Assembly (NCBI GenBank): GCA_012516825.1
Contig: JAAYWF010000094.1
Span: forward strand, 1 to 39,593
Length of the DNA: 39,593 bases
DNA from: Lentimicrobium sp.
Lineage (GTDB): Bacteria; Bacteroidota; Bacteroidia; Bacteroidales; 4484-276
Direction: 5' to 3'
The notes beneath the pieces were generated by a model, which had not been told where the DNA came from, ran no database searches, and saw nothing but the letters and a program-made list of their open reading frames with translations. Shown here in pieces: positions 1 to 9,856 of this stretch; the stretch's first letter is position 1, and each line of letters starts with the position of its first letter. Both the position numbers and the translations under genes were made by a program.

Positions 1-1354
<1,354 letters not shown>

Positions 1355-1485
1355 AATTGTAAATCTTATTTGTATCTTTCGGATTTACTTTCGCAATCAT
1401 TATGAACTGACTGTGGATATTTGCTGCTTAAAAACTTTACTTCAATATCTTCAAAGAACTTTATCCTAATTTTTTTATCCAAAAA

Positions 1486-1499
1486 GGGCTGCAAAGATA
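1486..1499 (-). promoter_or_regulatory. rRNA promoter core, proximal copy (TATCTTTGCAGCCC on the minus strand)
   Basis: Matches the Bacteroidota -7 consensus TAnnTTTG (box 1492-1499). A minus-strand TTG at 1518-1520 lies 18 nt upstream. The core is 132 nt upstream of the 16S 5' end. Confidence 0.55.
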
Positions 1500-1574
1500 A
1501 TACAATTTTTTAATATGCAACACTTTTTTGAAAAAAATATAAAATTTTTATGAACTACTTTTCTGTCTCGAAAA

Positions 1575-1588
1575 GGGCTGCAAAGTTA
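1575..1588 (-). promoter_or_regulatory. rRNA promoter core, middle copy (TAACTTTGCAGCCC on the minus strand)
   Basis: TAnnTTTG box at 1581-1588. A minus-strand TTG at 1608-1610 lies 19 nt upstream. The flanks are A/T tracts. Confidence 0.55.
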
Positions 1589-1730
1589 TATCAGATTTTT
1601 AATCTGACAAGCTTTTTTTTAAAAAAAATTTATTTTTTTTTAGTAACCCAAATAAACAACTGATTCTAAAATAGTTAATAAAACGAAAAAAATAACTATC
1701 ATACTAAAAATGAACTACCATACTGAAAAT

Positions 1731-1744
1731 GGGCTGCAAAGATA
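1731..1744 (-). promoter_or_regulatory. rRNA promoter core, distal copy (TATCTTTGCAGCCC on the minus strand)
   Basis: TAnnTTTG box at 1737-1744, identical as a 14-mer to the proximal copy. The -33 element is less clear. Confidence 0.45.
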
Positions 1745-1900
1745 CATTTATTTTATTCAATTAATGTTTTTGACTCTTTTAAAATAGTGGTTGATTAACA
1801 TGGAGTTTTAATCTCTTATATAATTATTCTAAAATTTTGTCATCAGAAAAATAGCTTTAAAGTAATTTTTACGTTATTCCTTAACTTCAGCATAAAAATA

Positions 1901-2539
1901 ATGATTACAAGTATTAATAAAAAAAAGTTACACCTTATATTAATAGGTACATTGATATCTTTTCATGTTACGGCCCAAAGTCCATCAAAAGGTAGTCGTT
2001 TTGTGGACAAGCTAATTTATGAAACTACTCTCGGTGTTCAATTTGGAACTATCACAGCCATTGAAATTTCGCCATTAATTGGTTTTAAAATTTCAGAGCC
2101 TTTTATTATCGGAGCCGGACTAACGTATCAATACAACAAGTATCGAAATTTTTACATGAATATTGAAAATGGATCTTTATATGATCGCAAGGTAAATATT
2201 ATCGGTAGTAGATTTTTTGCGCGGTATTATTTTTTTAATAGCTTTTCGGAGTCAAGCTTACTAAACAAGCTTTTTTTACACGCTGAATATGAACATCTTG
2301 CGTATAAACAAAATTACAAAGTTGATTCAAACGGAAAATTTGTTGATGTATTTGGTATTCCCTATTCAACAGGAAATGAAACTATAATTATACCGGGATT
2401 ACTTGTTGGTGCTGGGATAAAACAAAACATTGGTATCAGAACTTATGCAAGTATTTTATTTCTTTACAATTTGAATGAAACCAATAATACCCCTTACAGA
2501 AATCCGGTTGTCAGAATTGGGCTTGGATACGGTCTTTAA
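1901..2539 (+). CDS. hypothetical secreted protein, probable small outer-membrane beta-barrel
   Basis: 212-aa ORF with an N-terminal signal peptide (LILIGTLISFHVTAQ/S). The sequence has alternating hydrophobic/aromatic beta-strand-like segments rich in G/Y/N and ends in VVRIGLGYGL. No specific family was recognised. Confidence 0.6.
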   Translation: MITSINKKKLHLILIGTLISFHVTAQSPSKGSRFVDKLIYETTLGVQFGTITAIEISPLIGFKISEPFIIGAGLTYQYNKYRNFYMNIENGSLYDRKVNIIGSRFFARYYFFNSFSESSLLNKLFLHAEYEHLAYKQNYKVDSNGKFVDVFGIPYSTGNETIIIPGLLVGAGIKQNIGIRTYASILFLYNLNETNNTPYRNPVVRIGLGYGL

Positions 2540-2558
2540 TAAATACTAAGGTAAATGG

Positions 2559-4022
2559 TTAGCTTTTTTTGGGAATATTTTTAAGGATCTCCAAAGTCCA
2601 ATCCCAAAATCTCGCTGTTGAGCTAATAGAAATTCTTTCATCAGGTGAGTGTGCACCTTTAATATCCGGACCATACGATATCATATCCATTCCAGGATAT
2701 TTTTCTCCAATTAAACCGCACTCTAAACCAGCATGTACAGCCAGAACTTTTGGCTCCTCAGCAAACAGTTTTTGATAGGTATTTTTTGCAATATCGAGTA
2801 TTTCAGAGTTAGTGTTTGGGGTCCATCCCGGATAGCCGTCATTATGAGCAACTTCGGCATCTATCAAATGAAAAACTGCTGCAACCATATTTACTATATC
2901 GTCAAGGGCAGATGCCACTGAACTCCTTTGGCTTGTGGTGATAAGAAAATAATTTTCGATAAGTTTCACTGATGCCAGATTAGTGGAGGTTTCTACAAAA
3001 TTTGGAATGTCTCTCGACATTTGCATTACTCCATGAGGTGCAGCATAGAGTGCATTAATTAATTTGTTTTGTGACACATCATCAATAATAAATTCCGGCA
3101 TTTCAGTATTTTCTGATCTTATCTGTAAATCGGGTTCGGTGGTTTTCAATTCATTTTTAATTGCTAAACCAAATTCATCTATTTGTTTTAAAAAATCATT
3201 AATAAAATTCTTTTTTACTAAAACCACAGCTTCAGCTTCACGTGCAATGGCATTACGCAAGTTGCCTCCATTAATAGTAGCGAGCTTTATGCTATAACTT
3301 GAAGTTGCCCGATGTAAAATACGAACTAAGATTTTGTTGGCATTTCCTAAACCTTTATTAATATCATCGCCGGAATGCCCTCCTTTAAGTCCTTTTACGA
3401 TTATCTTAACAGGTTTAAAGTCTTCCGGTATTGTACATTTTTCAAAATGAAACTTTACAACCGTATCCCGTCCGCCGGCACAGCCAATAAAAATCTGGCC
3501 ATCATCTTCTGAGTCAAGATTAAGCAGTATTGTTGATTTTAAAAATCCAGGCTTTAATCCAAATGCGCCGGATAACCCCGTCTCTTCGTCAACGGTAAAT
3601 AAACACTCAATAGGGCCATGCTCAATAGTGTTTGAAGCCAAAATAGCAAGTTGAGTAGCTATGCCTATTCCATCGTCAGCTCCAAGGGTAGTTCCGTCAG
3701 CCTTGACCCAATCGCCATCAATGTAAGCCTTGATCACATCCTTTTCAAAATCAAATTCTTTATCTTTATTTTTTTCACAAACCATATCCATATGGCTCTG
3801 TAAACACACAGTCTTATGATTTTCCATCCCTTTGGTGGCAGGCTTCGTAATTAAAACATTACCGGTTTCATCTATCTGATGAGGTAGATTGTGTTTGTTA
3901 GCAAATTCTACAAGGAAATTGACAATACGTTCTTCCTTTTTTGATGGACGAGGTATTCGAAGAATTTCACTAAAATAACTCCATACTTCAACTGGTTCAA
4001 TCTTTGCAATATTAGTGTTCAT
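2559..4022 (-). CDS. pepD: aminoacyl-histidine (Xaa-His) dipeptidase, M20 family
   Basis: 487 aa. N-terminus is EPVEVWSYFSEILRIPRPSKKEE. M20 metal-ligand motifs are present (SHMDMV, DDGIG, VDEETG, GGHSG). Length and layout are typical of PepD. Confidence 0.9.
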   Translation of the reverse strand: MNTNIAKIEPVEVWSYFSEILRIPRPSKKEERIVNFLVEFANKHNLPHQIDETGNVLITKPATKGMENHKTVCLQSHMDMVCEKNKDKEFDFEKDVIKAYIDGDWVKADGTTLGADDGIGIATQLAILASNTIEHGPIECLFTVDEETGLSGAFGLKPGFLKSTILLNLDSEDDGQIFIGCAGGRDTVVKFHFEKCTIPEDFKPVKIIVKGLKGGHSGDDINKGLGNANKILVRILHRATSSYSIKLATINGGNLRNAIAREAEAVVLVKKNFINDFLKQIDEFGLAIKNELKTTEPDLQIRSENTEMPEFIIDDVSQNKLINALYAAPHGVMQMSRDIPNFVETSTNLASVKLIENYFLITTSQRSSVASALDDIVNMVAAVFHLIDAEVAHNDGYPGWTPNTNSEILDIAKNTYQKLFAEEPKVLAVHAGLECGLIGEKYPGMDMISYGPDIKGAHSPDERISISSTARFWDWTLEILKNIPKKS

Positions 4023-4093
4023 ACTAAAAAACTAAATTTTTGATTATTGATTTATTTTTAAGATTTTAAAAGTTAATTACGGATGCAAAGCTC

Positions 4094-4501
4094 TTATTCG
4101 CCCTTTCCGTATTCATTATAAAAGTTTTTGATTTCGTCGGCAAGATTTTCAAAAATCACATAATGATTTTTACACCCTTTACGAGAGCAAAAATCAATAC
4201 GGCCTCCAGCTTTTATAATAAAACCAACCATTTTTGCTTTACACAACGAACAATCTTTATCAAGCATAAGGCTTTGGTGGCAATGAGGACAATAAAATTT
4301 AACCTCCTCAACTTCACGCAATTCAATATCGTTTTCATGATCATAACAATCGTAAATTGAACATAGCCAAATTCTGCCTTTAGCTCTCGCGGTTTCAATA
4401 TCCACCTTGATACTCGGATATCCATGAATAAGGTAATTCATATCCATTAGCGACTCTAAACAGTGAGGGCAATTTACCCCCAAAGAGATATATTTTTTCA
4501 T
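4094..4501 (-). CDS. Cys-rich tandem zinc-ribbon protein of unknown function
   Basis: 135 aa with 10 Cys. There are two internal repeats: CPHC-x32-C-x4-C-x2-H (C11..H55) and CPHC-x30-C-x4-C-x2-H (C71..H113). The matching blocks are GRIWLCSIYDCYDH and GRIDFCSRKGCKNH. It lies 71 nt upstream of pepD on the same strand. Confidence 0.7.
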   Translation of the reverse strand: MKKYISLGVNCPHCLESLMDMNYLIHGYPSIKVDIETARAKGRIWLCSIYDCYDHENDIELREVEEVKFYCPHCHQSLMLDKDCSLCKAKMVGFIIKAGGRIDFCSRKGCKNHYVIFENLADEIKNFYNEYGKGE

Positions 4502-4695
4502 CTTTCAAAAATTTTAAGTTTAGACATTTTTAAAATTTGTGGTAAAAATAATAAATAACGGGTGAATCTCACATTCTTTTTAATGAAGATTTACTTTATA
4601 CTTAAAAACGATTATTAATTGTCTGATTTACATTATATTATGAACATTGCCCAAATTTTCCACTATTTTTTTCAACGCACCTTTAAATAGTTTTC

Positions 4696-4709
4696 TATTT
4701 TTGCAGCCC
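4696..4709 (+). promoter_or_regulatory. tRNA promoter core TATTTTTGCAGCCC
   Basis: TAnnTTTG box at 4696-4703, followed by the same GCAGCCC extension seen at the three rRNA cores. It ends 13 nt before the mature tRNA 5' end. Confidence 0.55.
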
Positions 4710-4721
4710 ATTTTATAAAAT

Positions 4722-4795
4722 GGCGAGATAGCTCAGGTGGTCAGAGCGCAGCACTCATAATGCTGAGGTCGAGGGTTCGAGCCCCTCTCTCGCTA
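4722..4795 (+). tRNA. tRNA with CAU anticodon (elongator tRNA-Met type; tRNA-Ile2/lysidine cannot be excluded)
   Basis: Manual cloverleaf: acceptor GGCGAGA/TCTCGCT, D stem GCTC/GAGC, anticodon stem CAGCA/TGCTG with loop CTCATAA, 5-nt variable loop AGGTC, T arm GAGGG-TTCGAGC-CCCTC, discriminator A. CCA is not encoded. It is not an initiator because the anticodon stem lacks three consecutive G-C pairs. Confidence 0.9.
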
Positions 4796-4804
4796 CTATC
4801 ATAA

Positions 4805-4837
4805 AGCGCTAACTATCAATGGTTGGCGCTTTTTTTT
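4805..4837 (+). terminator. intrinsic terminator after the tRNA
   Basis: Stem AGCGCTAAC (4805-4813) pairs with GTTGGCGCT (4822-4830), with one G-U pair and an 8-nt loop. A run of T7 follows (4831-4837). Confidence 0.7.
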
Positions 4838-4886
4838 ATAAACATCAAAATCGCAGATCAAGCACTTGACAATATTTACGCAGAGT

Positions 4887-6497
4887 TTAATTTTTCCAAT
4901 TTAATTTCGACACAGCAAAAGCTATCAAAATTGAAAAAAGAGCAATAAAAGTGCATACACGTCCAATATAATCACCATATTTTACGTAAAATGTAATTTT
5001 ATCATTGGTAATTAATTCAGCTTTCAAAACATCCGACACCCAATAATCGGAAGATTGAAGAGTTTCTCCTCTCGAATTGATGATTGCAGAAATACCAGTA
5101 TTTGCAGATCGGGCAATATTACGACGGGTTTCCACTGCTCGTAATTTTGCAAATGAAAAGTGCTGACGATGTCCAGCGGTATTACCCCACCAGCCGTCGT
5201 TGGTGATAATGAACAATAAATTAGCGCCATTGAGAACAAATCCCGATACAAAAGAGCCATATACTGACTCATAGCAAATTATTCCCGGAACTTTAAATCT
5301 GTCATCTAATGATGTAAATATTTCTCTCTCAGGTGATAACCCAAGACTACCTACAGTTCCACCAAGGTCAAAAGCGATATTCTGAAGTGGGCTTAATAAA
5401 CGTTGAAACGGCATTTTCTCAGGGCCGGGAACAAGTTTTGATTTATGATAAAGCTTAACGGGAGAGTCTTGGTTTATAAAAAGCGCTGTATTATATGCTT
5501 CGTAATACTTATCTACATCAGTAAACTTTCTTGCCGTGCGGGTCAATGGCTCATCATCATCAAACAGACGAAAAGTAGAGGCTCCAATTATTATATTAAG
5601 GTGTGAGTATTTTTCCAAAAAGCGTCGTGTCAATACAACACTTCGGCTATCCTCAACAGAGTTGTGCCATATGTTTTCTTGCAGTGCCGACTCGGGGCAA
5701 ATAATAAAAACAGTGCTATCGGAAATGTATGGCTCCACCGCTACAAGGTTTTTCTCTATAGCCTCCCGGATGGAAATTGTGTATTGCTCGGAATAAGGAT
5801 CTATATTTGGCTGACTTACAATTACTTCGCACTTTTCTCCTTGCTCAATCTGATGATTGTATATCCACAAGGAAAAAGCCATTGGAACAATCACAACAAG
5901 TATCGAGAAAGCTAATTTAAATGCAACTGTTTTATTTATCCTTTTTTCAATTAAAAATGACTTCAATACTTTAAAAAACAGTATGTTACTTATTAAAATC
6001 CACAATGTTCCTCCAAAAATTCCAGTATATTCATACCATTGTATCCAACGGGTGTACATTGCAAAACCATTCCCAAGATTTAACCAGGGCCAGGAAAGAT
6101 CCCAGTCGAGATGCAGATACTCGAAAGCAATCCAGTAAAATACAATAAGAAATATCGAATGATTAGGATTGGAATAGGTTCTTTTCGAAAGATGAAATAT
6201 AAAAAAAACAATAGCCATAAAAAAGGAGTTGAGCAAGATGGCCATTATTGCTCCAAAAATAGTTGAATTCAATATCCACCAGGTTGTCAGAATATTCCAC
6301 GTAAAAAAAGCGATGTACAAATATTTAAAGATGGCATATTTATTAATTTGACCCTTGTTATTATGAAAATAATCTTCGATAAAAAACAAGGGAACGAATC
6401 CAAAAAGAAGCAAAAACGGAAAGCCATGCATTGGCCAAGCCAGGCTAAGAATCAATCCTGACAATAGAGCTAAAAGATAAAGGTATTTTTGTTTCAC
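4887..6497 (-). CDS. lnt: apolipoprotein N-acyltransferase
   Basis: 536 aa. The N-terminal half is a multi-pass membrane domain (LSLAWPMHGFPFLLLFGFVPLF). The C-terminal half is a CN-hydrolase domain including ICYESVY (catalytic Cys context). A terminal TM helix is present. Confidence 0.92.
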   Translation of the reverse strand: MKQKYLYLLALLSGLILSLAWPMHGFPFLLLFGFVPLFFIEDYFHNNKGQINKYAIFKYLYIAFFTWNILTTWWILNSTIFGAIMAILLNSFFMAIVFFIFHLSKRTYSNPNHSIFLIVFYWIAFEYLHLDWDLSWPWLNLGNGFAMYTRWIQWYEYTGIFGGTLWILISNILFFKVLKSFLIEKRINKTVAFKLAFSILVVIVPMAFSLWIYNHQIEQGEKCEVIVSQPNIDPYSEQYTISIREAIEKNLVAVEPYISDSTVFIICPESALQENIWHNSVEDSRSVVLTRRFLEKYSHLNIIIGASTFRLFDDDEPLTRTARKFTDVDKYYEAYNTALFINQDSPVKLYHKSKLVPGPEKMPFQRLLSPLQNIAFDLGGTVGSLGLSPEREIFTSLDDRFKVPGIICYESVYGSFVSGFVLNGANLLFIITNDGWWGNTAGHRQHFSFAKLRAVETRRNIARSANTGISAIINSRGETLQSSDYWVSDVLKAELITNDKITFYVKYGDYIGRVCTFIALFSILIAFAVSKLNWKN

Positions 6498-6522
6498 TCC
6501 TGATTTATTTTATGATTAAAAG

Positions 6523-7728
6523 TCAGATACCTTCATAAAACGGACTTTCCGTATAAGGGTATCGTGAAATATGAATTTCTTTAACTTTTTGGTACAACAC
6601 ATTTTTTAATTCTTCCCAGTTTTCTTTTTTTAATGCTGATACAAACAGCGTTGGCTGGGAGAAATTGGCCATCCATGTCTTTTTCAAATCTTCTAAAGCA
6701 ATATTCTCTTTGACAATTGGTGTAAGGTCATCTTCTTCTTTTTCAATCCAACGGTATGCATCAGTTTTATTAAACACCATTATTACAGGCTTATCAAAGG
6801 CGCCAATTTCAGCAAGAGTTTGATTTACAGTGCTTATTTGCTCTTCAAAATTAGGGTGTGAAATATCAACGACATGGATTATTAGGTCTGCTTCTCTTAC
6901 TTCATCCAGAGTTGACTTAAAAGATTCAATAAGGCTATGAGGTAACTTTCTGATAAAACCCACAGTATCAGAGAGTAAAAATGGTAGATCGTAAATAACA
7001 ACTTTTCTTACTGTGGTATCCAAGGTGGCAAAAAGTTTGTTTTCGGCAAAAAGGTCAGACTTGCTAAGTTGATTCATAATTGTAGATTTACCAACATTGG
7101 TATATCCTACGAGCGCTACTCTAACTATTTTTCCACGAGTTTTGCGCTGCGTTGCCATCTGTTTATCAATCTGTTCTAATTTTTTTTTCAGCACGCTTAT
7201 TCTATCTCGAATAATCCGACGGTCAGTCTCTATTTCCGTTTCGCCTGGCCCACGTAAACCAATTCCTCCTCTTTGGCGTCCAAGGTGTGTCCACATACGG
7301 GTAAGGCGTGGAAGCATATATTCATACTGAGCCAACTCTACTTGTGTTTTGGCATACGACGTTCGGGCACGACGCGCAAAAATATCGAGTATAAGGTTAG
7401 TCCGATCAAGAATTCTGCAATCCAATCCCCGTTCAATATTACGTATTTGAGAAGCATTGAGTTCATCATCAAATATTACAATATCTATTTTGGCCGCTTT
7501 AACAAATTCGGCTACCTCTTGTAATTTGCCTGAACCAATAAAAGTAGATGGCTCAGGTTTTTCAAGCTTTTGCGTGAATCGAGCAATGGTTTGTCCACCG
7601 GCGGTTTCGACCAGAAATTCCAACTCGTCAAGATATTCATTAATACGACTTTCAGATTCTTTTCCCGTAATTATACCTACCAGAACTACCTTTTCGGTGT
7701 TATCATTAATTTCGGTGTTCTGAAGCAT
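6523..7728 (-). CDS. hflX: ribosome-associated GTPase HflX
   Basis: 401 aa. HflX N-domain motifs are present (RTNLILDIFARRARTSYAKTQVELAQ, GPGETEIETDRR). G1 is GYTNVGKST, G3 is DTVGF, G4 is NKTD. Confidence 0.95.
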   Translation of the reverse strand: MLQNTEINDNTEKVVLVGIITGKESESRINEYLDELEFLVETAGGQTIARFTQKLEKPEPSTFIGSGKLQEVAEFVKAAKIDIVIFDDELNASQIRNIERGLDCRILDRTNLILDIFARRARTSYAKTQVELAQYEYMLPRLTRMWTHLGRQRGGIGLRGPGETEIETDRRIIRDRISVLKKKLEQIDKQMATQRKTRGKIVRVALVGYTNVGKSTIMNQLSKSDLFAENKLFATLDTTVRKVVIYDLPFLLSDTVGFIRKLPHSLIESFKSTLDEVREADLIIHVVDISHPNFEEQISTVNQTLAEIGAFDKPVIMVFNKTDAYRWIEKEEDDLTPIVKENIALEDLKKTWMANFSQPTLFVSALKKENWEELKNVLYQKVKEIHISRYPYTESPFYEGI

Positions 7729-7775
7729 AATATTTTGAAACTGATTTTTTTTAGATAATCACAATATGCCAAGAT

Positions 7776-8771
7776 TTAAAATTTTCGAAATCCGATTATC
7801 TCTCTAGCATCTTTTACTGTTTTAGCAGCACTTTCTCTCGCTTTATCAGCTCCTATTTTTACCACTTTACTCAGATAAGCGTCATCTGCCGAAATTTCAA
7901 TAATCCTTTCTCGAAGCGGTGCGGTAAAAGAGATAATATCTTCAGCAAGTTGTTTTTTTAAATCACCATATCGTATTTGCATTGAGTTGTACTGATCTTC
8001 AAAATATTGTACTGTATCAGGCGTTGAAACTATCCTAAGCAAAGAAAAAAGATTTTCCACCGGTTCTGATTTTGGAGAATTGGGAGATGTGGGGCCGGTA
8101 TCAGTAACAGCTCTCATCACTTTTTTACGAATAGATTTAGGCTCTTCGGCTAAGAAAATAGCATTTCCTTCGCCTTCAGATTTTCCCATTTTTCCGCTAC
8201 CATCCAGTCCTGGTATTTTAATCAACTCCTGACCAAAATTAAATGCTTGGGGCTCAGGGAACAATTCTACATTATACATCCTGTTAAAGCGTCGGGCAAA
8301 AGTCCTTGTCATCTCAAGATGTTGTTCCTGATCTTTCCCTACAGGTACCTTATGCGCTTTATGAATAATAATGTCTGCTGCCATAAGGCATGGATAGGTT
8401 AGTAGGCCGGCATTGATGTTATCGGGCTGCTTACGAGCCTTTTCCTTAAACGTTGTTACACGTTCCAACTCGCCCATATAGGCATTCATGTTAAGCAAAA
8501 GATATAATTCAGCAGTTTCAGGCAAATCACTTTGGATATAGAGTGTAACTTTTTCAGGATCAATCCCGGAGGCCAAATATTCTACCAATACCTGTTTCAC
8601 GTTTCCGTGCAAGTCAGCAGGCGTTGGATGAGTAGTTAATGAATGATAATCAGCAATAAAGAAAAAACAGTTATTCTCATCCTGCATTTTTAAAAAATTC
8701 TGAATCGCACCAAAATAATTGCCCAAATGCAAATATCCGGTAGGTCGTATTCCACTTACTACTATCTCCAT
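7776..8771 (-). CDS. trpS: tryptophan--tRNA ligase
   Basis: 331 aa. Class I motifs are present: GIRPTGYLHLGNYFG (HIGH-type) and KMGKS (KMSKS). Length and order are typical of bacterial TrpRS. Confidence 0.96.
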   Translation of the reverse strand: MEIVVSGIRPTGYLHLGNYFGAIQNFLKMQDENNCFFFIADYHSLTTHPTPADLHGNVKQVLVEYLASGIDPEKVTLYIQSDLPETAELYLLLNMNAYMGELERVTTFKEKARKQPDNINAGLLTYPCLMAADIIIHKAHKVPVGKDQEQHLEMTRTFARRFNRMYNVELFPEPQAFNFGQELIKIPGLDGSGKMGKSEGEGNAIFLAEEPKSIRKKVMRAVTDTGPTSPNSPKSEPVENLFSLLRIVSTPDTVQYFEDQYNSMQIRYGDLKKQLAEDIISFTAPLRERIIEISADDAYLSKVVKIGADKARESAAKTVKDAREIIGFRKF

Positions 8772-8804
8772 ATTTTATTAAAAAAAGGTATTTTAATGTT
8801 GGGG

Positions 8805-8812
8805 CAAAAGTA
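8805..8812 (-). promoter_or_regulatory. candidate -7 box for trpS (TACTTTTG)
   Basis: Exact TAnnTTTG on the minus strand, 34 nt upstream of the trpS ATG. Confidence 0.4.
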
Positions 8813-8870
8813 ATAAAATCCATTCTCCTCAAACGACAGTAGAAATCGTATGGTAGTAATAACCTTTTAA

Positions 8871-9776
8871 TTAGCTAGTTAGTGTTCTGAAAATCTGTTC
8901 AAGTGAAGAAGTCTGTTTTTGAAGTGTGAGCACAGTAGTATTTTGATCCACAGCCAGTTTAAAAATTGCCGGTCGTATATCAGATTTTCCGGCACTTTCA
9001 ATTTTCCAGGTATTGTCGCTTATTTTTTCAACTGACACAACTTGTGGCAAGTCCTTAAGTTTTTGCGAATCAATTAAATGGCCAAACTCCACTATCAACA
9101 TTTCTTTTCCTTCATTAATTTGCTGAAGTTTTGATATGCTTTCGTCAGCGACAACTTTTCCTTTATCAATAATTATCACTCTGTCGCAAATTGCCTCTAC
9201 TTCTTGCATTATATGTGTTGACAACATTACAGTTTTTTTGTAGCCTATCGTTTTTATTAAGTTTCTTATTTCTACTATCTGATTAGGATCGAGGCCGGAA
9301 GTAGGTTCATCGAGGATAAGTACATCGGGATTATGGATAAGCGCCTGTGCAAGTCCAACGCGTTGACGATAACCTTTGGAAAGCATGGTAATTTTTTTCC
9401 TGCGTTCAATTTGCAAGCCTGTCATCTCAATCATTTCTTCCACTCTTTTCGACTTATTGGAAATCTTAAAAATCCCAGCTACAAATTCCAGATATTCCTT
9501 TACATACATTTCGGTATAAAGCGGATTATTTTCCGGCAAATAACCTATTACCCTGCGTACATCTATTGAGTTTTCCATCACATCATACCCATTTACCCGG
9601 GCCTGACCGGAAGTTGGAGGGATAAAACAGGTCAGGATTTTCATCATTGTAGATTTTCCAGCGCCATTGGGACCAAGAAATCCCACTATTTGACCCGGCT
9701 CTATTGAAAAAGAGAGGTCGTCAAGCGCCTTCTGTTCACCAAAGATTTTTGTAATATTACTTACTTCAATAGACAT
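8871..9776 (-). CDS. gldA: ABC transporter ATP-binding protein, GldA-like (gliding-motility-associated ABC ATPase family)
   Basis: 301 aa. Walker A is GPNGAGKST, signature is LSKGYRQR, Walker B is VLILDEPTSGLD. The stretch STHIMQEVEAICDRVIIIDKGKVVAD and the N-terminus MSIEVSNITK resemble Flavobacterium GldA as I remember it. The ABC ATPase call is secure; the gldA assignment is moderate. Confidence 0.75.
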   Translation of the reverse strand: MSIEVSNITKIFGEQKALDDLSFSIEPGQIVGFLGPNGAGKSTMMKILTCFIPPTSGQARVNGYDVMENSIDVRRVIGYLPENNPLYTEMYVKEYLEFVAGIFKISNKSKRVEEMIEMTGLQIERRKKITMLSKGYRQRVGLAQALIHNPDVLILDEPTSGLDPNQIVEIRNLIKTIGYKKTVMLSTHIMQEVEAICDRVIIIDKGKVVADESISKLQQINEGKEMLIVEFGHLIDSQKLKDLPQVVSVEKISDNTWKIESAGKSDIRPAIFKLAVDQNTTVLTLQKQTSSLEQIFRTLTS

Positions 9777-9856
9777 AATCGGGTATCAGATTATGGGGCA
9801 AATACTGAAAATTTTCAGTTTCTACCTAAAAAAGATGTTATTAAAACACCAAATCA

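Noticed and set aside
1413-1421. TGTGGATAT, a one-mismatch DnaA-box (TGTGGATAA) in the 16S leader, and the possibility of oriC near dnaN (10985-11194)
   Set aside because: I found only a single near-consensus box. There is no cluster of boxes or adjacent dnaA gene, and dnaN here is flanked by plsY rather than dnaA. The evidence for an origin is insufficient.
1551-1790. Two short ORFs beginning MNY... (ATG at 1551 and 1711) within the rRNA upstream region
   Set aside because: They arise from the duplicated promoter unit (the shared ATGAACTAC), are 25-40 codons of low-complexity sequence, and run antisense to the rRNA promoters. They are most likely non-coding.
4796-4886. tRNA gene as a possible integration hotspot for a genomic island
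   Set aside because: No integrase, direct repeat of the tRNA 3' end or foreign-looking genes lie next to it. It is followed directly by a terminator and the conserved lnt-hflX-trpS genes.
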